DNA from: Mobula hypostoma
Taxonomy: Eukaryota
NCBI RefSeq assembly: GCF_963921235.1
Contig: NC_086097.1
Span: forward strand, 178,748,001-178,812,000
Direction of reading: 5' to 3'
DNA length: 64,000 nt
Both the position numbers and the translations under genes were made by a program. Under the pieces are notes generated by a model. That model did not search any database. It was given only the letters and a program-made list of their open reading frames with translations, and was not told the origin of the DNA. Shown in pieces: positions 51,936-64,000 of this stretch. Position 1 is the first letter of the stretch; every line of letters starts with the position of its first letter.

Positions 51936-52699
51936 GCAGGAGGGCTACTAATTATGTAGCCCTTACAGAATTAATTACAGTAATTTTAATGACTAATTTA
52001 TTAGTTTGGCACAACTGTGTGGGCTGAAAGGCCTGTTTCTGTGTTGTACTGAAACGTTACCCAAGGCCCTGGCATTCCAGTGTCCAGAAAGGGATTTAAG
52101 CCCACAATCCTGGGCAAGCATTTAGGATTTTCCCAGCCCAGGCTAACAGGCAGTGTGTAATATCGGACAACCAGGTATCGTTGAATGATTAGATTATCTA
52201 TGTTCATTAACGTGGAAAACATAATTAAGATATTATAGAAAAAATTTATTCAGTATTATGTGCCAATCATTGTAGTGAGAGACGGTCATTAAAGGTGGCT
52301 TCAGAAATGTGCTTTACCTTTAGTACATGTTAAGCCAGGTTTAGACTTCGTAAATTATGTGATTTAATTTCCATTAACTACATTATAATCTGCTGAATGT
52401 GCCAATTATAAAGATAAATGGAATATCTGCCTTAAGCAATTAACGTGCCGGTGAGTTGCAGGTTTTCTGACAAGAGTGGAGCACTTCGACAGAGCAGTCA
52501 AATGAAACTTGTAACTATGATATTCCTCATCCAAATTATTTTAACCCTATCTGCTGACATCCCAGGACAGGTGCAATTTACCTGCACACTCTAGGCAGTC
52601 CTGACATTAGGAAAGTTTCAGCGAATAGAACTGATTGTTCTCAAGTGATGGGCTATGGCTGGCAGGGAGAGTCAATGGGAGCATCGTAGTGTGGGGGTG

Positions 52700-53530
52700 G
52701 GAGTATTGAGGGAGTTTCACACTGTGGGGGGGGTGGTACTGAGGGAGGGTCACACTGTGGGAGGGGCAGTATTGAGGGAGCACCACACCATGGGCAGTAC
52801 TGAGGGAGGGTCACAATGTGGGAAGGGCAGGACTGAGGGAGGGTCACACTGTGGGAGGGGCAGTACTGAGAGAAAATCACACTGTGGGAGGGGCAGTACT
52901 GAGAGAGGATCACACTGTGGGAGGGACAGTACTGAGGGAGGATCACACTGTGGGAGGGGCAGTACTGAGGGAGGATCACACTGTGGGAGGGGCAGTACTG
53001 AGGGAGGATCACACTGTGGGAGGGGCAGTACTGAGAGAGGATCACACTGTGGGAGGGACAGTACTGAGGGAGGATCACACTGTGGGAGGGGCAGTACTGA
53101 GGGAGGATCACACTGTGGGAGGGGCAGTACTGAGGGAGTGACACACTGTGGGAGGGGCAGTACTGAGGGATTGTCACACTGTGGGAGGGGCAGTACTGAG
53201 GGAGTGTCACACTGTGGGAAGGACAGTACTGAGGGAGTGTCACACTGCGGGAGGGGCAGTGCTAAGGGAGTATCAGAACATGGGAAGGGCAGCAGTGAGG
53301 GAGGGTCACACTGGGAAGGGCAGTACTAAGAGAGGGTCTCACTGTGGGAGGGACAGTGCTGAGGGAGTATCACACTGTGGGAGGGGCAGTGCTGAGGGAG
53401 TGTCACACTGTGGGAGGGACAGTACTGAGGGAGTATCACAGTCTGGGAGGGGCAGTGCTGAGGGAGTATCAGACCATGGGAAAGGTGGTACTAAGGGAGG
53501 GTCACACAGAGGGAAGATCGATGAGGGAGT
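52700..53530. repeat. 33-bp G-rich minisatellite (~24 units)
   Basis: Unit CACACTGTGGGAGGGGCAGTACTGAGGGAGGAT. The 11-aa periodicity in the ORFs matches. Confidence 0.95.
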
Positions 53531-53789
53531 GTTAGCTGGCACAGAAAGCAAGTGAAAAGGGAGCAGGGTCTATTTCAGATCCGAATGAAGGTTGCTGCTG
53601 GAACAACAGAGTTAGTAAATGGAAGATAGAGAAAGACCACACAGAGGCACAGCCTGTTCTGCTGCCTCCCTCACATCTCCAGTTTCGGTACTGACCACAG
53701 AACCACATGGGTTGCACCCAGTTGTTCCAGTTTCTTCCCAATTCCCAAAGACGTCCTTCCTTTTTAAGTTGCTCCCAGGGTGTGATATT

Positions 53790-56770
53790 CCAGCAGGTAT
53801 GATATTGTGGCCATCACTGAGACCTGGCTAAAGGATGCATGTCTCTGGAAGCTGAACGTCCAAGGATACACAGTGTATCGGAAGGATAGGAAGGTAGGCA
53901 GAGGGGGAGGCGTGGCTTTATTCGTAAGAAATGATATTAAATCATTAGAAAGAGGTGATATAGGATCGGAAGGCGCAGAATCTTTATGGGTTGAGCTAAG
54001 AAATAGCAGGGGTAAAAGGACCCTGATGGCAGTTATTTATAGGCCTCCAAACAGCTGCAGGGATGTGGACTACAAATTACAACTGGAAATAGAAAAGGCT
54101 TGTCAGAAGGGCAGTGTTTTGATAATCGTGGGGGATTTTAACATGCGAGTGGATTGGGAAAATCAGGTCGGCACTGGATCACAAGAGGGAGAATTTGTAG
54201 AATGTCTGCGAGATGGCTTTTTAGAACAGCTTGTTGTTGAGCCCACCAGGAGATCGGCTGTACTGGATTGGGTATTGTGTAATGAACCGGAGGTGATTAG
54301 AGAGATTGAGGTGAAGGAACCCTTAGGAGGCAGTGATCATAACATGATTGAGTTCACTGTGAAATTTGAAAAAGAGAAGCCGAAATCTGATGTGTCGGTA
54401 TTTCAGTGGAGTAAAGGAAATTACAGTGGCATGAGAGAGGAACTGGCCAAAGTTGACTGGAATGGGACTCTGGCGGGAAAGACAGCAGAGTAGCAGTGGC
54501 TGGAGTTTATGCGAGAACTGAGGAAGGTGCAAGACAGGTATATTCCAAAAAAGAAGAAATTTTCGAGTGGAAAAAGGATGCAACCGTGGTTGACAAGAGA
54601 AGTCAAAGCCAAAGTTAAAGCAAAGGAGAGGGCATACAAGGAAGCAAAAATTAGTGGGAAGACAGAGGATTGAGAAGTTTTTAAAACCTTACAAAAGGAA
54701 ACCAAGAAGGTCATTAAGAGGGAAAAGATTAACTATGAAAGGAAGCTAGCAAATAATATCAAAAGGATACTAAAAGTTTTTTCAAGTATATAAAGAGTAA
54801 AAGACAGGTGAGAGTAGATATAGGACCGATAGAAAATGATGCTGGAGAAATTGTAATGGGAGATAAGGAGATGGCAGAGGAACTGAATGAGTATTTTGCA
54901 TCAGTCTTCACTGAGGAAGACTTCAGCAGTATACCAGACACTCAAGGATGGCAGGGAAGAGAAGTGTGCACAGTCACAATTACGACAGAGAAAGTACTCA
55001 GGAAGCTGAATAGACCCGCGTGTTCTGAAGGAAGTAGCTGTGGATTGCGGAGGCATTAGCGATGATCTTTCAAAAGTCGATAGATTCTGGCATGGTTCTG
55101 GAGGACTGGAAGATTGCAAATGTCACTCCGCTATTTAAGAAGGGGGCAAGGAAGCAAAAAGGAAATTATAGACCTGTTAGCTTGACGTCGGTGGTTGGGA
55201 AGTTGTTGGAGTCGATTGTCAAGGATGAGGTTACAGAGTACCTGGAGGCATATGACAAGATAGGCAGAACTCAGCATGGATTCCTTAAAGGAAATCCTGC
55301 CTGACAAGCCTATTACAGTTTTTTGAGGAAACTACCAATAGACTAGCCAAGGGAGATGCAGTGGATGTTGTGTATTTGGATTTTCAGAAGGCCTTTGATA
55401 AGGTGCCACACATGAGGCTACTTAACAAGATAAGAGCCCATGGAATTATGGGAAAGTTGCATACGTGGGAATAGAGCGTTGGCTGATTGGCAGGAAACAG
55501 AGAGTGGGAATAAAAGGAACACCAGTGGTGTTCCACAGAGGTCCGTGTTGGGGCCGCTTCTTTTTACATTGTACATCAACGATTTGGATTATGGAATATG
55601 TGGCTTTGTGGCTAAGTTTGCTGACGATACGAAGATAGGTGGAGGGGCCGGTAGTGCTGAGGAAGTGGAGAGTCTGCAGAGAGACTTGGATAGATTGGAA
55701 GAATGGGCAGAGAAGTGGCAAATGAAGTACAATGTTGGAAAATGTATGGTTATGGACTTTGGCAGAAAAAATAATTGGGCAGACTGTTATTTAAATGGGG
55801 AAAGAATTCAAAGTTCTGAGATGCAACAGGACTTGGGAGTCCTCGTACAGGATACCCTTAAAGTTAACCTCCAGGTTGAGTCAGTAGTGAAGAAGGCGAA
55901 TGCAACATTGGCATTCATTTCTAGAGGAATAGAGTATTAGAGCAGGGATGTGATGTTGAGGCTCTATAAGGCGCTGGTGAGACCTCACCTGGAGTACTGT
56001 GGGCAGTTTTGGTCTCCTTATTTAAGAAAGGATGTGCTGACATTGGAGAGGGTACAGAGAAGATTCACTAGAATGATTCCGGGAATGAGAGGGGGATAGT
56101 AGAGGAAGGTTTTTTACTCAGAGAGTGGTTGGTGCATGGAATGCACTGCCTGAATCAGTGGTGGAGGCAGACACAATAGTGAAGTTTAAGAGACTACTAG
56201 ACAGGTATATGGAGGAATCTGAGGTGGGGGCTTATATGGGAGGCAGGGTTTGAGGGTCAGCACAACATTGTGGGCCGAAGATCCTGTACTGTGCTGTACT
56301 ATTCTATGTCCTATGTAACATATGAGGAAAGTTTGTCCGCTCTTGGACTGTATTCCTTGGAGTTTAGAAGAATGAGGGGAGGCCTCATAGAAACATTTTG
56401 AATGTTGAAAGGCATGGACAGAGTGGATGTGGCAAAGTTGTTTCCCATGATGGGGGAGTCTAGTACGAGAGGGCATGACTTAAGGATTGAAGGGCGCCCA
56501 TTCAGAACAGAAACGCGAAGAAATTTTTTTCATCAGAGGGTGGTGAATCTATGGAATTTGTTGCCACAGGCAGCAGTGGAGGCCAAGTCATTGGGTGTAT
56601 TTAAGGCAGAGATTGATAGGTATCTGAGTAGCCAGGGCATCAAAGGTTATGGTGAGAAGGCAGGGGAGTGGGACTAAATGGGAGAATGGATAAGCTCATG
56701 GTAAAATGGCAGAGTAGACTCGATGGGCCGAATGTCCAACTTCTGCTCCTTTGTCTTATGGTCTTATGGT
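53790..56770 (+). mobile_element. 5'-truncated CR1 ORF2 (APE plus RT) with stops and frameshifts; nested CR1 3' end at ~56095-56315
   Basis: AITETWL, IYRPP, GDFN, SDH, NYRPVSLTS, FADD. The host sequence resumes at TAACATATGAGGAA after an internal TTCTATGTCCTATG tail. Confidence 0.9.
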
Positions 56771-59584
56771 GTGGGTAAGCGGTAGAATCTGGTGGCAATT
56801 GATGGGAATACGGGGAAATGAAATGGGATTGGTGTAAGATTCATGTGAATGGGTGGATGAAATTTAGCATGGACCCATGCTGTATGTCTCGATCAGATCT
56901 TTGACCGGTGCTGGGAGCTCACATTCCCCATTAGGAATGTCTCACCGTCCCATTTGCAAATAACCCTTTTGAAATTCATTCCTCCCCTGTCTGTTCCAAC
57001 TGATCGTGGCTCCCAATCAACCACTCATCAAACCTTACAATGCTTCGTACTGTGATGGCTCCGTGCTCTGAAGCCCTCTCTCCCTCCATCACCTCTTCCA
57101 GATCCACATCCCCATAAGCTCTCACCTCCTTCTCCTATTTTATACTCCTGTGTGTTTCGAATGTAATTGTTGTGCCTGAAGCCCCCTAACCTGGAGATTT
57201 CTTCGCTCACTTTCTAAGCCTCTCTCTCCTCCCCTGTCACCTCCTCATCCATGTTTCAATGCCAGTTTGATTAATTCAGTGGCTCCCCGTGGAGGCTTTT
57301 GAATGTTTTATTTTTCTCTTTGTAAAATGCTAAGCAAGTTGTTTCTACACATAATTGAATGAGCTTGTACCCTGTAATCCAGGCTGTATCCTGGTGAACC
57401 TTTTCTGCACCCTCTCCAAAGCCTCCACATCCTTCCTGTAGTGAGGCGACCAGAACTGTTCACAGCTCTCCAAGTGTGGCCTGGCCTAAGTTTTATGCAG
57501 CTGAAATATGCTTTCCTGTCTCATCTCAATGTCCCAACCAATGAAGATGGTCATGCCATATGCTTTCTTTACCACCCTATCTTCTTGATGGTCACTTTCA
57601 AGGAGCTACGGATTTGAACCCAAGGTTCCCCTGGATGTCAATGTTGTTAAAGGGTCCGGCCATTAACTATGTACTTGATCCTTACGTTTGACCTACCGAA
57701 CTATACTTCACACTTACTTTGACTAATCTCCACCTGCCCATAAGGCGTTTGTTTAAAATGAGAGAGAAAGGTTTAATAGGAATCTGAGGACGATGGCTAT
57801 ATGGAATTAGGTGCCAGAGGTGACCAAGGCAAGTACATTAACAACATTTTAAGGATATTTGGACAGGTACATGGATAAAAAATATTTAGAGGAATAAGAA
57901 AGAAAGGCTACAAATCAGATAGATGGACACAAAAGAAAACAGTGATGCATACAACATTACCTGCAAAGAGCCGCCTTTGCGAGGATCAAAACTCATCTAG
58001 GGCAACTATCCATAGGATCGCCACGAGTCGCCAACAACTTTACAGTGACAAAGGGTCAAACATGAACAAATGGGGCAACCTTTGTGGGCAACTTTGTTAG
58101 CAGGATGACTTGAGCCAAAGGGCCCGGTTCGATGCTGTCGGACTCTATATAAGACTGAGAGGTATGGGTAGCCAGAATCTTTTTCCCACAGTAGGAGTAT
58201 CAAAATGGAACCAAGGTTTAAGGTGAGAGGAAGGAGTTTTAAAGGGAATCCGAGGTGTACATTTTCTACACCTCAGTGGATGATATTTGAAACTCATTGG
58301 CAGAGGAGGGTGGTGGAATCAGATGTAGTCACTATGTTAGACAGACTCTTAAATGTATAGAACGATATAGTTCTAATGCAGAAAATGACATTAGTATTAG
58401 TTTATTATTGTCACATGTGCTGAGACAGTGAAAATTTTGTCTTGCATACTGCTCACACAGATCAAATCCTCACACAATGCAAGATAAAGCCATAACAATG
58501 CAGAATAAAATAAAATGTAACAGCCAGAGAGAAAATGCAGTGCAGGTGAACAACAAGGTGCAAGATCATGACGAGATCATTGCAAGATCAAGAATCTGAT
58601 TTATCCTGCCAGGAAACTATTTGATAGTCTTATTACGGTGGAATAGAGACTGTCCTTGAGGCCGTTGGTGCAAGTAATCGGGCGTTTGTATCATTTGCCC
58701 AGTGGAAGAGGACAAAAGGGAGAATGTCCAGGGTTTGTGGGATCTTCGATGTGCTGGCTGCTTTACCGAGGCAGTGCGAAGTGTAGACAGGTAACATGTC
58801 CGCAACTCTATCTTGCAGTCACATGCAGAAGCAGTTGCCATATCAGTCTATTACCAGGGACAGTGGTGCAAACAGGCAGTGTGGTGGAGTTTAGGAAGCA
58901 TTTACATAGACGTGATTGTGAAGAGAATGGAGGGATATTGATAGTACAATGGAAAGGGACATTTACTGTAAGTTGGCATCAAGGTCGGCACAACATTGTG
59001 GGCTGAGTGGCCTGTCCCGTGTTCTTTTATTCTCATTTCCTAGCATGCCCCGTCTCTCCCAATGATTCAGGCTCTCGAGTGCTGGCAGTATCTCTTTAAA
59101 GGGAGACAGAGGTTTCTTCCCACACATACAGGGCTTTGCTGTCATCTCTATGCATGTAGCCACAAGGCTGAAGCAGTCAGTCATCCGTGGCCCTGGTGTA
59201 TTTGTCATCGAAGGAGAGCCACTTGATTTACTAATTGGTCTGAAGGAAGGATTGATTTGAATTGGTAATGAAACCGGACAACATCTTCATTAGAAATGTA
59301 TCATCTGGGGCTGTCCAGAAGTGCAGGCACTGCCACTGCAGCCTCCGGGCCAGATGGTGGAGAGTTCGAGTCCCTGGACTGCCTGTCATTGCAGCAGCCG
59401 AGTGCTCGCTTGCTCACTCTCTTCCTGCCACTGTTTCCAGAGGCACGGGCTGGGGATTCACTCCACATTTATCTGCAGCTGGAGGCACAGACTGTGCTCG
59501 TCTGCTCCAACATCGCACTCTTGAGCAGATACTTGTGAACACTCAAATGCAGACACTCAGTCTCACTGACACGCACACTCATGA

Positions 59585-59637
<53 letters not shown>
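59585..59637. repeat. (CT)n(CA)n microsatellite
   Basis: Direct inspection. Confidence 0.95.
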
Positions 59638-59638
<1 letters not shown>

Positions 59639-62079
59639 AGTCTGTCTAAATCACAGAGTTAGCCATTCAAACCTTCAGTTCTATGCTGGTGTTCCTAATT
59701 CCTATGCTGCTTGCTTCAACGTGTCCCTATGAGAGTTAGCCCAACATTCCCACTTCTCCCTATGGGAGTGAGCTGCACATTCCCACCTCTCCCTGTGGGA
59801 GTGAGCTCCAGATGCAGAATTCCTATGGGAATTCACCAGGGTGAATGATTTGCCCTGGTGGTGGTGTTTCAAACTGCAGGTCAGTAGGGAGGTGAGTGGT
59901 TGCAGTTTTTGGGATTAAGGGGGCAGGTGATATTTTTGCTCCCAGAGACGAGAGAATTGCCGGTATTCTGTATCCCAGAGGGATATGAAGGCTCAGTCAC
60001 TGAAAGTATTCAGCGTCAAGGTCGATATATTTTTGGAGGGTGTACCATTACTGCAGGGCAGTGGTCCTGAGGGAAGAGATCAGCATGACCCCATTGAGTG
60101 ATGCAGAACGCTCGATTAGCTCCTGAAATTACACTCAGCATTCAGCTTTCACCCACACCTTAAGGACTACAGCAGTTCAAGAAGCCCTGGACCGAAGGGA
60201 CATGGAGAGAAGTTTTCCATCAGTAGGAGAGTCTTGGACCCGAGAGCACAGTCTCAGAAGAAAACAGCAGCCCTTTAGAACTGAATTGAGGAGGAATTTC
60301 TTAAGGTAGAATGGTGAATCTATGGAATTTGTAGCCACAGGCAGCTGCAGAGGCGTAGTCACTGGGTGTATTTAAGGCAGAGATTTATAGGTTTTTGATT
60401 GGTAAAAGGGTTAAGGGTTATAGGGAGAAGGCAGGAGAATGGGACTGAAAAAAAGTCACAATTGAATGGCAGAGCAGATTTGATGGGCCAAATGAAGGTG
60501 GAATAGTCAATGTGGTGTATATGGATTTGAATAAGGCATTTGACAAGGTCCCCCATGGTAGGCACAATCAGAAATACAGCACAGGCACAATCTCAAAATA
60601 AAAGGACAACAAATGAAGAACTTTTTTTTCTACTAGATGATCGTAAATCTGTTCCATTTGTTGCCGCAGAGGACTGTGGAGGTCAAGTTGTTTGGTGTAT
60701 TTAAGGCAGAAATTGATAGGTTCTTGATTGGTAAGGGGGATTAAGGGTGATGGGGAGAAGGAGAGAGAATTAGGTTAAAATACGTGATCAAATGGATGAG
60801 TAGATTCCGGGTGCTGAATGACCTAATTCTTCTATATCTTAAGGCCTTATGGTGTGAGGCAGCTCGCCCTGGCCTTCTCCGTGACAACTGGGGATGGACA
60901 ATTAGCTGCTGGCTCAGCATATGAAGGCCACATCTCTTGAATGAATATAAAATAAAAGTCTCCTTACATCCTCTTGAGTGGTTTAGCACCTCCTTCCTTC
61001 TCCAGAAAAGCCACTGTCTTTGACCAAGGCTCGGGATTTTGTGCATTACGAGCAGAGGGAAGGGAAAGATGAAATGGAATCTTTTATTTAAAATTTTGTT
61101 GGGCTTGCCAGATCGAGTTGTTGGTAAAACGTTTACCAGAGAGCTGATTAAATAAAGGTTGTGTGAGCAAAACAAAAAGGGCTCTGTGGCCCGTAAGGAG
61201 ATTCCTGGCACTGGGACAGGTTGCTGTTTACACAGGTGGGTCGTGCTTTAAATGTCTTGCTGTTTGGCTTGCCCCTGGAGTGCTCTGAATACATTGGGCT
61301 GTACCAAATTCTAGCAGGTTGGTCAAGTGAGGAAGGGATGGACACAAGTTGTCTCGCTCCTGTGTTTGAGTAAATGCACACTGGAGTGACACGTTACATT
61401 TTTAACAATCTTGAGGTGGTGGGAAATATTTAAACGAGTGGTTGAGAATATCAATGAGCTTTCCTGCAGCATGTCTTTATTTATTCACTTTTTAGTGTCT
61501 GGGTGTTTTCTGGCATTTATTGTCCATCCTTTAGGTGGGAGTGAGTCACTGCAGTCTTGGTGAAGTTGCCCACACGGTGCTGTTGAGGAGAGAGTTTTGG
61601 TGACAGAGGTGAAGAAGAAACAGCAGGGGATCTAGGAGCGCAAGTACATGATTCCCTGAAAGTGGCATAACAGGTAGACAAGATGGTGAAGAATGCTTTT
61701 GGCATGCTGGCCTTCATCGGACAGAGCACTGAGTACTGAGTACAGGAATTGGGATCTTACGTTGCAGTAATACAAGGCCACATTTGGAATATTCTTTTCA
61801 GTTCTGGTCATCCCCACTATGGGAAAAATGTCATTAAGATGGAAAGAGTGCAGAGGAGAATTACAAGGATGTTGCTGGGACTCGAGGGACAGAGTTATAC
61901 AGAGGTTAAACAGGAGAGACCCTCATTCCCACCCCTTCTTCACATCCTGGCAGCCTGTCCGCTCCAGACATCTTTCACCTTGTCCAAGATAAATGTTCCC
62001 TCGCTCAACCTCCCAAACATATCCACTCAATCTGGAAGGAAGTTGTCTCTGGGATCCACTGGAAATCAGCCGAATCAGA

Positions 62080-62645
62080 ATCTGGTTTATAATCATTAAA
62101 TTATGTGATGTGAATTTTTTTTTTGTTTTTGCAATGAAATAAAATTACTATAAATCACAAAATTAATAAATAGTGCAGGAAAGTAAAAATGAGGTAGTAT
62201 TCATGGGTTCATGGGCCATTCAAGACTGATGGTAGAGGGGAAGAAGCTGTTTGTGAATAGTTGAGTGTGGGTCTTCAATACTGTGATCCTGTGCCTCTTT
62301 CCTGATGGTAGTAATGAGAAAAGGGCATGTCCCAGAGGGTGATGGTTCTCAATGGTGGATTCCACCTTCTTAAGGTTCCATCTCTTGAACATGTCCTCAG
62401 TGTTGGGAAGGGTTGTGTCCACGATGGAGCTAACTTTGTACCCTCTTGTACATTGGAGCCTGCAGACCAGGTTGTGATGAACCACAATGAGAATATACAA
62501 TACATCTGTAGAAATTTGCAAGAGTCTTATGTGACATACCAAATCTCCACAAATTCCTAATGTAGTAGAGACACTAGCATGCCTTCTTTGTGATTGCATC
62601 TGGGCCGGATCCTCCGAGATGTTGACCCCCAGGAACTTGAACATT
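62080..62645 (-). mobile_element. Rex1/Babar-like LINE 3' fragment
   Basis: FKFLGVNISED...HPLGHALFSLLPSGKR...NSFFPS. Confidence 0.75.
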
Positions 62646-63604
62646 TCCAGCTGAAGGAAGACCCACTCAGGATTAAACCACAGCAGGAGTGATCCATTTA
62701 CATGAAGTGTTTACTCAGTCAGGGCTATACCTGACTTCAAGCCCAAACAGCATGGTGGATATCTAACTAACCTCAGAGGTGTTCACAAACCTTCTTAGAG
62801 CACCGTCTGATGGCTTCAGGTTGGAGATAGGTGCCAACCTTGTCAACATTTCACACATTCTCAGTGGGTATAAGTGTTGCCCCATTGGCTTGCATGGGAG
62901 GCTATTCGGTCCATCAAGTCCATGCTGACTTTTAGTCACAGAGTTACAGAGAAAGAGCAGTGCAGGTAGATGAGTGAAGTGCTTGCGCCACGATGAGGCA
63001 AATTGGGAGATTATGAGTCATTTTTATCATATATGGGATCTGTTGAAGAGTCTGATAACAGCAGGACAGAAGCTGTACATGTTCTCAAGCTCTAATAGCT
63101 TCTGCCTGATGGGAGAGGAGAGAAGAGAGAATGACCAGGGTGGAAGGGGTCCTTGAATGGGTTAGCTGCTTTCCTGAGGCAGTGAGAAGTGTAGACGGAG
63201 ACAGTGGAGGGAAAGCTGATTTGTGTGATGGACTGGGCTGTGTTCACAGCTCTCTGCAATTTCTTGTCATGTTGGGTAGAGCACCAAGCTGTCCCACATA
63301 GTTTGCTTTCTATGTGCCTCTGCAAAAACAGGTAAATCATCAGTGTTGTAATGTAACAACAATATGTGCACAGCAAGATTCCAGGCACAGCAAGATAGTG
63401 TTGTCTTGATCATCCATCTTAGATATCAGTGCCTGTGGGACAATATCCAATATTGGCTGAGCTGTTCCTTACAACCATGAGGATGAATGAATTCTCAATG
63501 TAATGTCCCCACTGAATGTATTTTGTTTTAGATTTTAAGGAATCTTATCCCAAATTACTCATCAGTTTACCCCCCTCTTTTCTCCCTTCCCTGCCTCACT
63601 AAAG

Positions 63605-63689
63605 AAGAAGACGTACCAATGCATCAAGTGTCAGATGATCTTTCAATGCGAGTGGGACATCCAGGTTCACGTGGCCAATCATATGTTGG
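63605..63689 (+). CDS. ZNF521: Next coding exon of the ZNF521-type gene (one C2H2 finger: [28 protein letters not shown])
   Basis: Long pyrimidine tract ~63570-63600, then AAAG acceptor. Phase 0 start matches the upstream donor. Donor G|GTGAGT at 63689/63690. The peptide matches the ZNF521/ZNF423 segment that follows KTPQVSP. Not in the ORF track. Confidence 0.92.
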
Positions 63690-64000
63690 GTGAGTGATTT
63701 AAGGTTCTTGCCCCGGTGTGTGCAGAGTACATTGCGCGGTCTGTCTGGATGATACGGAGCCTTGCTTATTAAATCTTTGAACCGCTCCATCACTGGTTGG
63801 AAATAAAGCTACTGTGTCCACCCCATCTTCTTTCCTGGGATGTAAAGTTGCTGGAAACAATGGTACACCTGTAACAAAGAGCTAGGGCAAGGGTAACTTT
63901 TCAGTAGTCATCAATTATGTGAGAGAGGGAGCGTGTGTGTGTGTGTGTGTGCGCGCTCTTGTACTTGTGCCTGTGTCAGCACATGCTCTCCGTACTTGTA

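Noticed and set aside
52653..53555. Repetitive 11-aa-periodic ORFs on both strands
   Set aside because: Product of the 33-bp minisatellite; no splice or domain evidence.

Overview
Eukaryotic (vertebrate) genomic DNA. The repeat landscape suggests a cartilaginous fish (inference). The window lies inside a + strand ZNF521-type C2H2 zinc-finger gene: one very large GC-rich coding exon (14859-18349) and the next 85-bp exon (63605-63689), separated by a ~45.3-kb intron. The intronic DNA is packed with CR1 LINE fragments (often nested), Rex1/Babar-like LINE ends, Penelope-like fragments and fold-back derivatives, tRNA-derived SINEs, a Tc1/mariner relic, a truncated Gypsy-like LTR piece, microsatellites and minisatellites. 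The most notable object is a young, apparently full-length CR1 LINE (~30712-35408). It has three 173-bp 5' monomers (two identical, the third partial), and its 5' end falls ~32 nt past the TATA-like box of the preceding monomer. Its ORF1 (zinc finger/coiled coil/SGNH esterase) ends in an in-frame U_UUA_AAC slippery heptamer that feeds by -1 shift into an AUG-less ORF2, suggesting a gag-pol-style ribosomal frameshift. Boundaries of degraded repeats are approximate, and family assignments come from motif recognition, not database searches.
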